The notes under the pieces are model-generated. The model made no database searches. It was not told where the DNA came from and saw only the letters and a list, made by a program, of their open reading frames with translations. Source: Synechococcus sp. (GTDB lineage: Bacteria; Cyanobacteriota; Cyanobacteriia; PCC-6307; Cyanobiaceae). From it: DNA of 64,000 nt. The position numbers and the translations under genes were made by a program. Of this stretch, positions 1 through 12,293 are shown piece by piece. The DNA lies in NCBI GenBank assembly GCA_047284725.1, contig JBJBEO010000001.1, positions 288,001 to 352,000 on the forward strand, in the 5' to 3' direction. Numbering within the stretch: the first letter of the stretch is position 1; each line of letters starts with the position of its first letter.

Positions 1-323
1 ACGATGGCGGGCAGGCCGGTTTCGAACATCGTCTGAAGTGCTTCCTTCAAATAGGGGTTCCAGCCACCGGTGCTCACCTTGCCGTGCCTCACGGTCCAAT
101 CCCAGGTGCCCTGCAAATCACGGGGGATGCGGCCCTCGCGGTCTCTTCGGGCCACGAGGTCGAGGGATTCGACGAGTCCCACCACCACGGGTTGCTTGCC
201 GTAGGCGGGTGTAAGGCTCAGCTCCAGCCGTACAGGGTCGTCCTTCAGCATGCGCAGGCGGAAGCGCGGAGGTAATTTCACGGATTTGATCACCGCCGCC
301 ACGATCCGTGTTCGTTGATCCAC
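1..323 (-). CDS. conserved picocyanobacterial hypothetical protein (partial, runs off left edge)
   Basis: Manual translation from GTG at 323: MDQRTRIVAAVIKSVKLPPRFRLRMLKDDPVRLELSLTPAYGK...WNPYLKEALQTMFETGLPAI; frame open to window edge; not in ORF track. Confidence 0.7.
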   Translation of the reverse strand, partial: MDQRTRIVAAVIKSVKLPPRFRLRMLKDDPVRLELSLTPAYGKQPVVVGLVESLDLVARRDREGRIPRDLQGTWDWTVRHGKVSTGGWNPYLKEALQTMFETGLPAI

Positions 324-383
324 CTGGGAGTCCCCCTACGAGTCCAATCGGCGCTGTCATGGCCGCCGTGGCACCAACCTTAT

Positions 384-614
384 TCAGTCGGGGTTCGCGG
401 GGGAATCCTGATCGCCTCCGAATCGCACAGTGAGCAGATCCTCTTCGGTGAGGCGACCGTCTTGATCGAGCAATTCCGGGTGAACGGTGACTTTGCCGGT
501 TCGATCCTTGTCTGGCCGGACTGCCTTGAAGCCAGTTCCCATCACTTTGAACGCTTGCCACAGCAGCAGCACAAACACTGCGCCATACATCAGTGGAAAC
601 AGGCTGTTCAGCAT
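384..614 (-). CDS. small membrane protein, DUF2973-like
   Basis: MLNSLFPLMYGAVFVLLLWQAF TM segment followed by VTVHPELLD motif; start placed at ATG 614. Confidence 0.65.
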   Translation of the reverse strand: MLNSLFPLMYGAVFVLLLWQAFKVMGTGFKAVRPDKDRTGKVTVHPELLDQDGRLTEEDLLTVRFGGDQDSPANPD

Positions 615-778
615 GGTGGAGTGCCAGTTGAGTGGGCGTCGTCGGCTGTGCCAGGTCTGGAGCGTTCCCCAATCATCGCTGGTCTGGTTGCATCTGGTCA
701 TCGATGGGCACTGTTTGCCTGCTGACCGGGGGGTGCATCTTGCCTACGGTCTGTGAGCTGTGTTCATCGCTCACGGTC

Positions 779-1897
779 ATGACGAGACGCTCTTCCGCTG
801 CTTGGCTTGTCTCGATGGCTGCTCTTGCGATCCCTCTGCTCCCTCCTCGACCCGTGCTGGCAGCGTCTGCCGCTCAAGCCCTCCTGGCCCCGCGATCGTT
901 CGTGGCGGAAGCGGTGAAGCGGAGCGGACCTGCTGTGGTGACCTTGGAAACCAGTCGGACGGTGTCCAGCGCCCGTTCGCGAGGTGTCCCAACCGGGCTG
1001 ATGCAGGATCCCTTCTTCCGGCGTTTGTTTGGCCTGCAGGCTCCTCGGCCTCAGTCAGCTCGCATTGAGCGGAATCAGGGCAGTGGAGTGATCTTTGATG
1101 CGTCTGGCCTGGTGCTAACCAATGCGCACGTCGTGGAGAACATTGATCAAGTGATGGTGGGCCTCCCCGATGGTCGCCGTGTGTCGGGGCAAGTGGTGGG
1201 TCAGGACAGCCTCACCGATCTGGCTGTGATTCGACTTGATCAACAGGGGCCGTGGCCCCTGGCTCCCCTGGGTGACTCCGATCAGTTGGAGGTGGGTGAT
1301 TGGGCGATTGCTGTTGGCAACCCATTCGGCTTGGAAAACACGGTGACGCTTGGAATCATCAGCAATCTCAACCGCAATGTGTCGCAGCTGGGAATCGCTG
1401 GGAAGCGATTGGATTTGATTCAGACCGATGCGGCCATCAATCCGGGCAATTCCGGTGGTCCTCTTCTCAATGCTGCTGGCGAGGTGATCGGCATCAACAC
1501 CTTGGTGCGTTCAGGCCCCGGAGCCGGCCTGGGGTTTGCGATCCCGATCAACCGAGCTCGCGCCATTGCTCGGCAACTGGTTGACTCCGGCAGGGCGAGC
1601 CATCCGATGGTGGGCGTCGGCTTGTCGCCTGTGCCTTCCATCCAGCCCGGTGGCAGTGCACCTCCTGGGGCTGTTGTGCGCACCTTGGTGCCCGGCGGCC
1701 CCGCTGTCCTGGCGGGACTTCAAGTGAAAGACGTGATCATCTCCATCGGTGGAGCGTTGGTGGAGGGGCCGCAAGATGTGGTGACGGCCATCGATCGCCA
1801 AGGGGTCGGTGAGCCTTTGGACCTTGTGGTTCGGCGTGCCGATCGGCGTCTGCAGTTAACAATTATCCCTGTGGACATGCGTGCGCTTCAGCGTTGA
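779..1897 (+). CDS. HtrA/DegQ-family trypsin-like serine protease with PDZ domain
   Basis: [27 protein letters not shown] triad motifs; C-terminal PDZ; signal peptide from ATG 779. Confidence 0.93.
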   Translation: MTRRSSAAWLVSMAALAIPLLPPRPVLAASAAQALLAPRSFVAEAVKRSGPAVVTLETSRTVSSARSRGVPTGLMQDPFFRRLFGLQAPRPQSARIERNQGSGVIFDASGLVLTNAHVVENIDQVMVGLPDGRRVSGQVVGQDSLTDLAVIRLDQQGPWPLAPLGDSDQLEVGDWAIAVGNPFGLENTVTLGIISNLNRNVSQLGIAGKRLDLIQTDAAINPGNSGGPLLNAAGEVIGINTLVRSGPGAGLGFAIPINRARAIARQLVDSGRASHPMVGVGLSPVPSIQPGGSAPPGAVVRTLVPGGPAVLAGLQVKDVIISIGGALVEGPQDVVTAIDRQGVGEPLDLVVRRADRRLQLTIIPVDMRALQR

Positions 1898-2092
1898 TTA
1901 GTCGTCTGAATTGCGAAGTTGATCAACACAGCGGGTGATGCATTCACCATCATCTAGCGAGCAAGTCGTAATGCACTCGAAGTAGGTCTCGACCGAGTCC
2001 CACGTTTGTTCGTGCTTCTGGTCGTCGCCATGGCTGCGTTCCGTGGTGGCGTCCTGATTCAGGTCTTCATGGAGTGATTGGTTGCTTTCCAT
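1898..2092 (-). CDS. small conserved cyanobacterial Cys-containing protein
   Basis: YFECITTCSLDDGECITRC four-Cys motif; fills intergenic space. Confidence 0.7.
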   Translation of the reverse strand: MESNQSLHEDLNQDATTERSHGDDQKHEQTWDSVETYFECITTCSLDDGECITRCVDQLRNSDD

Positions 2093-2207
2093 GGCAGTCC
2101 TGAATCAGTGAAGTCAGCATATGCACACAAAAATTCTGGGTAAAGCGAAATGAGTTTTCCTGCTTAACCCAGTGTGAAGTTTCGTCTCGTCCAGGCGCTG
2201 TCTTGCG

Positions 2208-3932
<1,725 letters not shown>

Positions 3933-4013
3933 AGGGATGGGGGCAGGCGTTCTTCATCATCCCGTGTGACGGTGCGAGGCAGACTGGTGGGACGTGAATG
4001 GAGTCCCTGGGCC

Positions 4014-4175
4014 ATGCGGCGACTCGAACAGGTCACGGCTCTGGTTGTGGCGGCAGGTCTGGCGATCGTGAGTTATTGGCTGTTCTTCAGCTGGGCGGAT
4101 GGAGGTGGATACAGCCCGCAGAGGCAGTCGCCCAGCCCGGCCGATGCACGGGTCCAGTCCAGGCAGTCTCCCTGA
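4014..4175 (+). CDS. small single-TM hypothetical protein
   Basis: MRRLEQVTALVVAAGLAIVSYWLFFSWA hydrophobic helix. Confidence 0.5.
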   Translation: MRRLEQVTALVVAAGLAIVSYWLFFSWADGGGYSPQRQSPSPADARVQSRQSP

Positions 4176-4224
4176 ACCTGCCAGCCCTCAGTCAGGTTGA
4201 GCTGGGGTGGAAGCGAAGAGAGCC

Positions 4225-4452
4225 TCAGAGCCCCCCTCGCGCCTTGATCAACCATTGCTTGGTGAGGTCATCATCAAGACTGCCCAGATGCGCTTTCACC
4301 TCGTCTGAGGACACTGGAAGCCCCAGTGACTGACCGATCTCGCAGATGGCAGCGATGGCGCCGGAAGGATTCTGCAGGGCTTGGCGGAAAAGCCCGTTGG
4401 TGAGCTCACGGTCGCTTTCGATCCGGCGATAAAGCTCAGCGGCGTTGCTCAT
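4225..4452 (-). CDS. conserved hypothetical protein
   Basis: MSNAAELYRRIESDRELT...WLIKARGGL; ATG at 4452. Confidence 0.6.
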   Translation of the reverse strand: MSNAAELYRRIESDRELTNGLFRQALQNPSGAIAAICEIGQSLGLPVSSDEVKAHLGSLDDDLTKQWLIKARGGL

Positions 4453-4523
4453 GGAGACGGTGCGTCCTGGTTCAACGCTAATTCCGGAGGGAAGGATGTC
4501 GATGGCGGCTGTTGCGATCTCTT

Positions 4524-4958
4524 TCAAGCTGCAAGATCGAGGTCAGCCTCGCGAAGGCCTGTTGCCGAGGCGTCTTCCATGCTGCGTGCATCCATGCACA
4601 GCACTTTCCGCAATTGGGCGTAGTTGGCGGCCTGCGAGCTGCGTCCATCTTGGACGGCGCTGAATTCAGCCCGCTGCAGCACGTGGTGAAGGTGCGTCAG
4701 CAAATAGGTGCTGATCACCGCTGAAACGAGCACATCGCTGTTGTCTTGGCTGAGCTGCCGGCGTCGCGCCGCGCCAGGCTTGGTGCGCCCTGATGGCTTG
4801 CTGCGCGGCTGGCGTCGTCGTGGAGCAGGGTTCGGCAGGTCCGGCATCTGCAGGCTGTCGCCTGCAGATGGCTTGCCAGCGAACGACTTGGCCGCATCGG
4901 TGCTGGTTTGTGTTGCGGGTTCCCCGGCACGGGACGTCTTGCTGGCTGAACGGGGCAT
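4524..4958 (-). CDS. conserved hypothetical protein (start uncertain)
   Basis: Ordered C-terminal block DVLVSAVISTYLLTHLHHVLQRAE...AQLRKVLCMDARSM; low-complexity N-terminus. Confidence 0.6.
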   Translation of the reverse strand: MPRSASKTSRAGEPATQTSTDAAKSFAGKPSAGDSLQMPDLPNPAPRRRQPRSKPSGRTKPGAARRRQLSQDNSDVLVSAVISTYLLTHLHHVLQRAEFSAVQDGRSSQAANYAQLRKVLCMDARSMEDASATGLREADLDLAA

Positions 4959-5069
4959 GGGCTCTCCGGCTGGGTGAGCGAAGTGCTGAAGCGTGACCAC
5001 AGCATAGTGCTGGATACTATCCTTGCGCATCTCAGTACACTTTGCTGTAGCTCTGACGCTTACAGGGGC

Positions 5070-5417
5070 ATGGCCACACGCCAAACCTCATCCAGTGGCA
5101 AGCCGAAGTCCCCTCGGATTCAGGTGGTGCTGCCTGAAGATCTCTGTGAGCGTTTGTCTGCCCTCGCCGCAGCTGAATCCCGCACCGTCAGCAATATGGC
5201 CAAGGTGTTGATCCAGCAGGGGGTGCAGCGGATGGAGCAGGGCAAGCCTGCTGCTGCATCCCAGTTGCAGGCTCAACCGCCTGCGCAACCAGCCGCATCG
5301 ATGTCTGCGCAGGACCTGTCCCGCAGTGCCGATCAGATCCGTTCCAAGCTGGAGTCACAGCCGCCCCGGCGTTTGCGGGGAGCGCCTCGTCGTCTGCGGC
5401 TCTACCGGCCCGGCTGA
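5070..5417 (+). CDS. ribbon-helix-helix (CopG-like) DNA-binding protein
   Basis: PRIQVVLPEDLCERLSALAAAESRTVSNMAKVLI fits the RHH pattern. Confidence 0.75.
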   Translation: MATRQTSSSGKPKSPRIQVVLPEDLCERLSALAAAESRTVSNMAKVLIQQGVQRMEQGKPAAASQLQAQPPAQPAASMSAQDLSRSADQIRSKLESQPPRRLRGAPRRLRLYRPG

Positions 5418-6583
5418 CACCGTTGTATCCCGGGAGGATTGACGGTCACCCCAAGAATGCTGGGTCGTGAGGCGCCTGTCACCGCCGGCGCATTGCCCGG
5501 ATGCCCACACTGATTCCACCAGGCCAGCAGGGCAAAGACCAGGGCTTCGCGGCTGATGGCTGGCAGGGAAAACGCGTCGCTGCGGCGCACGCGCAGTCCG
5601 CGGCAGCGGTGTTCGAGTTGCCTCATCAGCACTGGGTTGTGGCATCCGCCACCGGCGACCACCAGTTCCACTGGCCTGGGATGTCCACGGCGAACGACAT
5701 GGTCGAGGTCTTGGGCGACGACCGCTGCGGTGTAGGCGGTGAGAGTCGCGATGCAGTCGTTGGGCGACTGGTTGCCGAGCATCTGCAGACGTCGTTTGAG
5801 ATCGCTGCGGCCAAACAACTCTCGGCCAGTGGATTTGGGAGGTGGTTGGAGCAGGTAGGGCTCTTCCAGCCAGCGCTGCAGTGCTGTTTCATCGACCCGC
5901 CCGGCCGCGGCTCGCTCCCCATTGCGGTCCACCCGTTCCTCACCGCCGCTGAAGTGTTCCACCGCCAGGTCGATCAGTGTGTTGGCGGGTCCGCAGTCCC
6001 AGCCCAAGACAGCGGCATGGCGATCGGGGCCGACGCGGGGAGGGATCAGGGTGAGGTTGGCGATTCCTCCCAGATTCAGCAGTGCTCTCCAGAAAGGACC
6101 TGCTCCGAGGAGAGCCGCATCGGCCATCGGCACCAGGGGGGCTCCCTGGCCTCCGAGAGCCAGGTCAGCAGCGCGGAAGTCGTGCACCACTGGTCGTCGC
6201 AACAGCTCTGCCAACAGGGGAGCCTGCAGCATCTGCCAGCTCGCTCCTCGACGGATCAGGTCGTGGCCTGTGTGCTCCGGAGGGCGATGCCAGACCGTTT
6301 GGCCATGGCATCCCACCAGATCTGCGGTGGCATCGGGATCGCAGGCCCTGGCTGCCGCGGCTTGGTAGTCGGTGATGGTTTCCGCCAGCTCCAGCAGAGC
6401 GGCGGCGGAGTGCGACAGTCCCTGCCCCACAGCCAGAATCCGTTCCTGAAGACAGGTGGGGTAGGGCACGGTCGCGTGGCGCAGCAGGGACCATCGCGGC
6501 CGGTGAGGTGAGCCGTTGAAACTGGCCAGAACAGCATCAACGCCATCGGCACTGGTGCCGCTCATCAATCCCACAACGCGCAT
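5402..6583 (-). CDS. anmK: anhydro-N-acetylmuramic acid kinase
   Basis: GLMSGTSADGVD, HGQTVWH, GGQGAPLVP, NLGGIANLT, DCGPANTLID, PKSTGRELF. Confidence 0.95.
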   Translation of the reverse strand: MRVVGLMSGTSADGVDAVLASFNGSPHRPRWSLLRHATVPYPTCLQERILAVGQGLSHSAAALLELAETITDYQAAAARACDPDATADLVGCHGQTVWHRPPEHTGHDLIRRGASWQMLQAPLLAELLRRPVVHDFRAADLALGGQGAPLVPMADAALLGAGPFWRALLNLGGIANLTLIPPRVGPDRHAAVLGWDCGPANTLIDLAVEHFSGGEERVDRNGERAAAGRVDETALQRWLEEPYLLQPPPKSTGRELFGRSDLKRRLQMLGNQSPNDCIATLTAYTAAVVAQDLDHVVRRGHPRPVELVVAGGGCHNPVLMRQLEHRCRGLRVRRSDAFSLPAISREALVFALLAWWNQCGHPGNAPAVTGASRPSILGVTVNPPGIQRCQPGR

Positions 6584-6588
6584 GGAGC

Positions 6589-7293
6589 TCAGTCCTTGGG
6601 CAGGTTCTGGAGATCGTCGATCAGGCCCATCACCACCAGCACATTGCCCTCCACGAGCATGTGGGACGCCGGGGGGTTGACGGTGAGTTCCTTCGCCGGG
6701 CCAGCTGCCAGGACATTCACCCTGAAATTTTTGCGCAGATTCAAGTCGCGCAGAGAGCGCCCCACAAATCTGCTGGGCACCTTGATTTCCTCGATGCAGT
6801 GGCGCTCATCCAGCTCCAGCCGCTCCATCAGGTTGGGACGCACCAGTTCAAGGCCCAGACGTTCCCCCTGCATGCGGGAGGGAAACACCACGCGGTCGGC
6901 TCCGACACGCTTCAGCATCTTTTCGTGCAGATCGCTCGTGGCACGAGCGATGACGCGCCGTACACGCGTGCCCTTCCCATCTTTGGCAATCAAGGTGGCG
7001 GTAATGCTGGCCTCGATCGGTTCGCTGATGGCGACGACCACGGTTTCCATGTCGAGGATGCCAGCCTCCCGAAGGGACTCTTCATCGGTGCAGTCCACAA
7101 CCCTGGCTTCAGCGGATGGGAGTTGTTGGCGCAGCTCTTCGATCGCTCGAGCGGAGCGATCCACCGCCAGCACTTCGGCGCCGTTCTGCAGCAGTTGTTG
7201 ACAGACCGCACTGCCGAAGCGGCCCACGCCCACGATGCCAAAACTCTGCAGTCGCTCGCCTTGACTGGGGGACCAATGCCACCACTCCCTCAT
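6589..7293 (-). CDS. ktrA: Ktr/Trk K+ uptake system NAD-binding (RCK) subunit
   Basis: GVGRFG Rossmann motif, TrkA-N and TrkA-C layout; adjacent to KtrB. Confidence 0.88.
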   Translation of the reverse strand: MREWWHWSPSQGERLQSFGIVGVGRFGSAVCQQLLQNGAEVLAVDRSARAIEELRQQLPSAEARVVDCTDEESLREAGILDMETVVVAISEPIEASITATLIAKDGKGTRVRRVIARATSDLHEKMLKRVGADRVVFPSRMQGERLGLELVRPNLMERLELDERHCIEEIKVPSRFVGRSLRDLNLRKNFRVNVLAAGPAKELTVNPPASHMLVEGNVLVVMGLIDDLQNLPKD

Positions 7294-7308
7294 GCCCGCC
7301 CCTCCTGA

Positions 7309-8712
7309 TCAGACATAGAGATCTTCGCGCGGAAACCCAATGCGATTCTGACGATTGAGCCGGTCACGGTTGAGGCTCTCCCAGATTGCGCTGAGAAGCA
7401 GAAGAATGCCAAGCCGTCCGACGAACATGCCGACCACAAGCACAAGCTGACCGAAATGACTGAGGTTTTCGGTCACCCCCAGATCAAGGCCGACGGTTGC
7501 AAAGGCTGAGATGCAGGTGAACAGCAGCTCAAGAAAGGTGAAGGGTTCATCTCCCTTGAGGTTGCTGCTCAGTGCCAGCAGGAGCGCCATGGCCAGCACA
7601 AACAGCAAGGACGCCACGGTGATGCTCACGGCCCTCAGCACCACCTTGTCGGAGATCTGGCGGTTGCGAATCACCACTTCCTCCCGACCCCTCAGGGTGG
7701 AACGGGTGGCTGCCATCAGGGCCACCACCGTGGTGGTTTTGACGCCGCCACCGGTGCCTCCAGGGCTGGCGCCGATGAACATCAGGGTCATCATCAGCAG
7801 CAGGCCGGAATCGGAGATGCTGTTCAGCGACAGGTGCACGGTGGTGAACCCTGCTGTCCGCGCACTCACCGATTCGAACAACGCACTCATCAATCGTTCC
7901 GGCCAGGCCAGCTTGGTGAGCAACTGACCTTGGGTCAGGCTTTCGGTGACCAGCAGCCCCAGGGTTCCGATCGCAATCAACAGCAGGCTCGCCCTGAGGA
8001 CGAGCCGTGTATGCAGGCTGAGGTTGCGTCGCCGCAACCGTTGTCGATTGATCCACAGGTCATTGGTCACGCGCCAGCCGAGGCCGCCCAGCACGATCAG
8101 CAGGATGACCACGGCGTTGACAATCCCATTGGTGCGATAACGCTCGAGACTGTCGCTCCAAAGACCGAAACCAGCATTGTTGTAGGCCGAAATGCTGTGG
8201 AACAGGGCGGCCCAAAGCCGGCCGCCGCCAAGGGGAAGGTCTGTGAACCCGAAGAAGTAGAGAACGATGGCTCCGAGAAGGATCAGCACCGTCGCGGTGA
8301 GGGCAATGCCTCTGAAGGTCGTGCCAACCCCCCCCACGCCGAATTCATCCAGGGTCTGCCCACGGTCGAGACGGCGGCGCAACGCTGTGCCACGCACCAC
8401 AAAGCCTTGCAGGAAGGTGGTGATGGCCATCAACCCGAGGCCTCCCACCAGGATCATCAGCGCCAGGACCCCCTGGCCGAAGCCGGTGAGATCGCGGCCC
8501 ACATCAATCACACTGAGTCCGGTTACCGTCACTGCTGAGGCAGCTGTGAAGAAAGCCTCCCAGAGCCCCACCCTGGGGCCGGAACACAATGGTGTGGCCA
8601 GAATCAAGCTGCCGGCGGCCACCACAAGGAAACCAGTGACCACGGTGAACTGCGGAACCGTGAGCTTGCGGTACCAGGCCTGGGTGCGGTGGAGAGCAGA
8701 AGGAATCGGCAT
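7309..8712 (-). CDS. ktrB: Ktr/TrkH family K+ uptake membrane subunit
   Basis: TVTGLS, NNAGF, RTAGF, GGTGGGVKTTT, ATVGL pore-loop motifs. Confidence 0.9.
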   Translation of the reverse strand: MPIPSALHRTQAWYRKLTVPQFTVVTGFLVVAAGSLILATPLCSGPRVGLWEAFFTAASAVTVTGLSVIDVGRDLTGFGQGVLALMILVGGLGLMAITTFLQGFVVRGTALRRRLDRGQTLDEFGVGGVGTTFRGIALTATVLILLGAIVLYFFGFTDLPLGGGRLWAALFHSISAYNNAGFGLWSDSLERYRTNGIVNAVVILLIVLGGLGWRVTNDLWINRQRLRRRNLSLHTRLVLRASLLLIAIGTLGLLVTESLTQGQLLTKLAWPERLMSALFESVSARTAGFTTVHLSLNSISDSGLLLMMTLMFIGASPGGTGGGVKTTTVVALMAATRSTLRGREEVVIRNRQISDKVVLRAVSITVASLLFVLAMALLLALSSNLKGDEPFTFLELLFTCISAFATVGLDLGVTENLSHFGQLVLVVGMFVGRLGILLLLSAIWESLNRDRLNRQNRIGFPREDLYV

Positions 8713-8715
8713 CGT

Positions 8716-10560
8716 CTACCCGGCGCCGTACTGCCAGAGAATCAAAGCTGGAACAAGCAGTGTCATCAAGACTGTGAGCCCGACGCCATAGCGAGGCACA
8801 TCGAGGAAGCGATAACGGCCCGGGCCGAACACCATCAGATTGGTCTGGTATCCCATCGGTGTGAGAAAAGACTGGCTGGCCCCAAACAACACCACCAACA
8901 GCAGGGCTTGAGGGGCAATGGCCAGCGGGATAGCCAATTGGGTCGCCACAGGGATGAGCAAGGCCACCGAGGCGGCGTTGCTCATCACGCTGGTGATCAC
9001 GTTGGTGACTAGGAAGATCACCACCAGGGCCCAATAGGGCTGCCAGTGCAACAGCAACCGCTCCATGGCGGAGGCGAGACCCTGGGCCAGACCACTGGTC
9101 TGGAGCGCCACACTGAAGCACGACAGCGAACCGAGCAGAAGGATCACATCCAGTCGGATTGATCGCTGAACCTCGCCAGCACGCAGGCAGTCCCCCAGCA
9201 CCAGAGCCACCACTGCAAACAGCACCGACGCCACCAACGGAATGGGGGTGAGCGAGGGCACCATCAGCATCAGCAGGGTGATGCTGATGGCGAGAGGTTT
9301 GCGTCGCACCGTGGGCAGGTCGTTTTCCAGTTGATCCAGCACGAGCAGATCGTTGCTGGCCTGCAGGCCCCGGATGGCGTCGAGGGGTGCTTGAAGCAGC
9401 AAGACATCACCTTCACGAAGCACTGCCTGGCCGAGACGTTCCTGCACCGTTTGCTGGCCGCGACGTAAGGCCAGAACAGTGGCGTTGTGGCGTTGACGGA
9501 AACGCAGTTCCCTCAGGCTCGCGCCCGCCAGGGTGGAGCCAGCCGGCAGCAACACTTCAACTGTTTTTTGGCCAGTGGCTTCGCTGCCGAACAGGGTGGA
9601 GTCACCGCCGCCGAGGCCGATGGGCTGTTTCGCTGGTTGCTTGGCTGCCGCCAATTGCACCGTGTGTTCCTGTTGAAGCCTGAGCAGATCGGAACGGGTG
9701 ACGCGGAGAAGCAGGCGATCACCCGCTTCGATGCCTCGATCCGCAAGGGGGGGCAGCATGCGCTCGCTGCCGCGTTGGAGTTCGAGAACATCCACATCAA
9801 AGCGCCTCTGCAGACGGCTGTGGCGCAAGGTCTGGCCCACCAGCATTGAGTTGGCGGGGATGGTCACTTCCGTGAAGTAACCGCTTTGTGCCGGGTCGCT
9901 GCTGAGTTGATCAGGAGGGGGGCTGCGGTCGGGAAGGAACGAACGCGGGGCGAGCAGCATGTAGGCCGACCCTGCCAGCCACACCGGAATGCCGATGGCT
10001 GTGAAGCTGAACAGATCAAGGGCGCCATAGCCGAGTTGTCGGCTCACATCACTGGCCAACAGATTCACCGAGCTGCCCAGAAGGGTGAGCGTGCCCCCCA
10101 GCAAGGTGGCGAAGGAAAGGGGGAGCAGCACACGGGAGGGAGGCACCTGGCGGCGTTGACACCAGGTCTCAAGCACTGGCAACAGGCTTGCCACGATCGG
10201 GGTGTTGGGAACCACACCGGAGATCGGTGCCACCACCATGGTGAGCAGGGCGACCATCCGGCGCGGCGAGCGAATTCGCTCGGAGGCAATCAGTTCGCGC
10301 AGTCGATCAAGGGCCCCACTGCGAAAGAGGGCCGCCGAGACGGCAAACAATCCCATCAAGGTGATCAGTGCTGGGCTCCCGAATCCAGCCAGCCCCTGTT
10401 CAGGGGTGAGCACACCCGTGCTCACCAGGAGCGCCACACTCAGCAGGCCTGTCAATTCAGGGGCAAGGGCACCGGTGACGAACAACACGATCGCCAGCAA
10501 AAGCACAGCCAGGGTGATCAGGGCCTGTGGGTTCTGAAGCGCCGCACTCAGTTCGGCCAT
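8716..10560 (-). CDS. SLC13/DASS family permease with TrkA-C domains
   Basis: Hydrophobic N- and C-terminal halves, two central TrkA-C repeats, TPMGYQTNLMV motif. Confidence 0.88.
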   Translation of the reverse strand: MAELSAALQNPQALITLAVLLLAIVLFVTGALAPELTGLLSVALLVSTGVLTPEQGLAGFGSPALITLMGLFAVSAALFRSGALDRLRELIASERIRSPRRMVALLTMVVAPISGVVPNTPIVASLLPVLETWCQRRQVPPSRVLLPLSFATLLGGTLTLLGSSVNLLASDVSRQLGYGALDLFSFTAIGIPVWLAGSAYMLLAPRSFLPDRSPPPDQLSSDPAQSGYFTEVTIPANSMLVGQTLRHSRLQRRFDVDVLELQRGSERMLPPLADRGIEAGDRLLLRVTRSDLLRLQQEHTVQLAAAKQPAKQPIGLGGGDSTLFGSEATGQKTVEVLLPAGSTLAGASLRELRFRQRHNATVLALRRGQQTVQERLGQAVLREGDVLLLQAPLDAIRGLQASNDLLVLDQLENDLPTVRRKPLAISITLLMLMVPSLTPIPLVASVLFAVVALVLGDCLRAGEVQRSIRLDVILLLGSLSCFSVALQTSGLAQGLASAMERLLLHWQPYWALVVIFLVTNVITSVMSNAASVALLIPVATQLAIPLAIAPQALLLVVLFGASQSFLTPMGYQTNLMVFGPGRYRFLDVPRYGVGLTVLMTLLVPALILWQYGAG

Positions 10561-12293
10561 GGAGGGGCGTGATCGGTCGGACTCAGCTGTGACACCGTAT
10601 CTGTATCGGTGCCTGGGGTCATGTCCAGGCTTCCGGGGGCATCCCAGAATTCCAGCTCGAGCCGTTGCTTGAGCCTCTGAAGCCCTGTTCCATCAGTCGC
10701 GGAGATGAAGATGGCGTCCGGCTCCAGATCGGTGATGGCCTGGATCGCTTCTGCGGGGCAGCGGTCGATCTGGTTGGCGACCACCAGTCTGGGCTTGTCG
10801 CCGCCAAGATCATCCAGCAGCCGCTGGACGGCGCAGAGTTGAGCCTGCCAGTCGGGATCGGCCAGATCCACCACCAGCAGCAAACGATCCGCGTCGAGTG
10901 CTTCCTCAAGGGTGGCTCTGAAGGCTTCCACCAGGGCCTCCGGCAGGTCGCGGATGAACCCCACGGTGTCGGTCAGCAAGAGCTCCCTAGCGGCAGAGCC
11001 CGGCTGGGGCAGCGACAGTCGACGGGTGGTGGGATCAAGGGTGGCGAACAATTTGTTCTCCGCCAACACGGCTTTGTGGTTCCCTTTGGTGCAGAGAGCA
11101 TTCAGCAAGGACGACTTCCCTGCGTTGGTGTAGCCGACCAGGGCCAGTCTGGGTAAGCCGTCGCGACGGTCGCGCAAACGGGCGCGGTGTTCTTCCAGCT
11201 GCCGGGTTGAACGTCTCAAGGCTTCAATCCGACGGCTGATGGCGCGCCGATCTTTTTCAAGCTGGGTCTCTCCGGGCCCGCGGGTGCCAATCCCCCCCCC
11301 CTGTCTCGACAGGCTCCGGCCACGCCCCAGCAGGCGCGGCAGGCGATAGCGCAGCTGGGCCAGCTCCACTTGAATGCGCCCAGCCGCACTGGCGGCCCGC
11401 TGGGCAAAAATATCGAGAATCAGCTCGCTGCGATCCATCACAGGGCAATCAAGCCAGCGTTCGAGGTTCCGGGCCTGAACGGGCGACAGTTCTCGGTCGG
11501 TGATCACCAGCGATGCACGATGGCGGCGCACCTCCAGGGCGGCTTCCTGCAGTTTTCCTGTTCCCCAGAGGGTCTGGGGGTTGGCCGTGCCTTGCTTCTG
11601 ATGGCACACCATGACTGGACGGGCCCCAGCGCTGCGCACCAGACCTTCCAGTTCCGCCAGGTCGCGGGCATTGCGATGGGGATCGGTGCCGATCAAGGTG
11701 AGCAACAGCACGCGTTCTTCGCTGCTGGCGGCTGGGGCTGCATGCGGTTGTGAGCCAGTGTCGTTGTTCACCGGCAGGAGCTCTTCCTGGCACAGGGTTA
11801 AGAGCTGGTCGCTGCCGACGGCCGACCAGCCCTGGTCGGCGCTGGCGTCTGGTCGCCATGCCCCTGCTCGCCAGCGTCCTCCCGGCAGGGGTCGGCAGGG
11901 ATACCGCATCCAGCTTTCCGGTTGCAGATCGAGAGCAACCACCGCTTCTCTCGACTCGGGGGTCAGGTTGGCGTCAGCTGTGGCTTTCAGACAGCTGATC
12001 AGGCGCCAGCGGCGTTGGTCTGCGTTGCGTCGTTTGGATGGGCCCTGAAGATGCGACAGCAGTTGACCTGACTCCGTCAGGGGACCCACCCAGAGCAATC
12101 GGCAGAGGCCACGGCCATCGATCAATAAATGCAGAGGCTGCTCCACATCGATCACCAGCTCGGCGAGCCGCTCAAGGGCGAGCGGGTCGGCCCCCATGGC
12201 CTGGGGATGGCGACGGTGCCCCAGGCGTTCTGCCCGCCGTAGTTGAGAGGGGCGCAATCCTTTGGTGCGGCCGGCCAGATGGGTCTGTTTCAA
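10548..12293 (-). CDS. hflX: ribosome-splitting GTPase HflX
   Basis: GGGIGTRGPGET, GYTNAGKSS, LFATLDPT, DTVGF; cyanobacterial long N-terminus. Confidence 0.95.
   Translation of the reverse strand: MKQTHLAGRTKGLRPSQLRRAERLGHRRHPQAMGADPLALERLAELVIDVEQPLHLLIDGRGLCRLLWVGPLTESGQLLSHLQGPSKRRNADQRRWRLISCLKATADANLTPESREAVVALDLQPESWMRYPCRPLPGGRWRAGAWRPDASADQGWSAVGSDQLLTLCQEELLPVNNDTGSQPHAAPAASSEERVLLLTLIGTDPHRNARDLAELEGLVRSAGARPVMVCHQKQGTANPQTLWGTGKLQEAALEVRRHRASLVITDRELSPVQARNLERWLDCPVMDRSELILDIFAQRAASAAGRIQVELAQLRYRLPRLLGRGRSLSRQGGGIGTRGPGETQLEKDRRAISRRIEALRRSTRQLEEHRARLRDRRDGLPRLALVGYTNAGKSSLLNALCTKGNHKAVLAENKLFATLDPTTRRLSLPQPGSAARELLLTDTVGFIRDLPEALVEAFRATLEEALDADRLLLVVDLADPDWQAQLCAVQRLLDDLGGDKPRLVVANQIDRCPAEAIQAITDLEPDAIFISATDGTGLQRLKQRLELEFWDAPGSLDMTPGTDTDTVSQLSPTDHAPPWPN

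Noticed and set aside
4225..4452. Nif11-like RiPP (prochlorosin) precursor ending in GG
   Set aside because: Only one residue follows GG, so there is no core peptide, and no modifying enzyme is nearby.
5004..5020. ATAGT-N7-ACTAT palindrome upstream of the RHH gene as an operator
   Set aside because: Arms are only 5 bp; too weak to support without conservation data.
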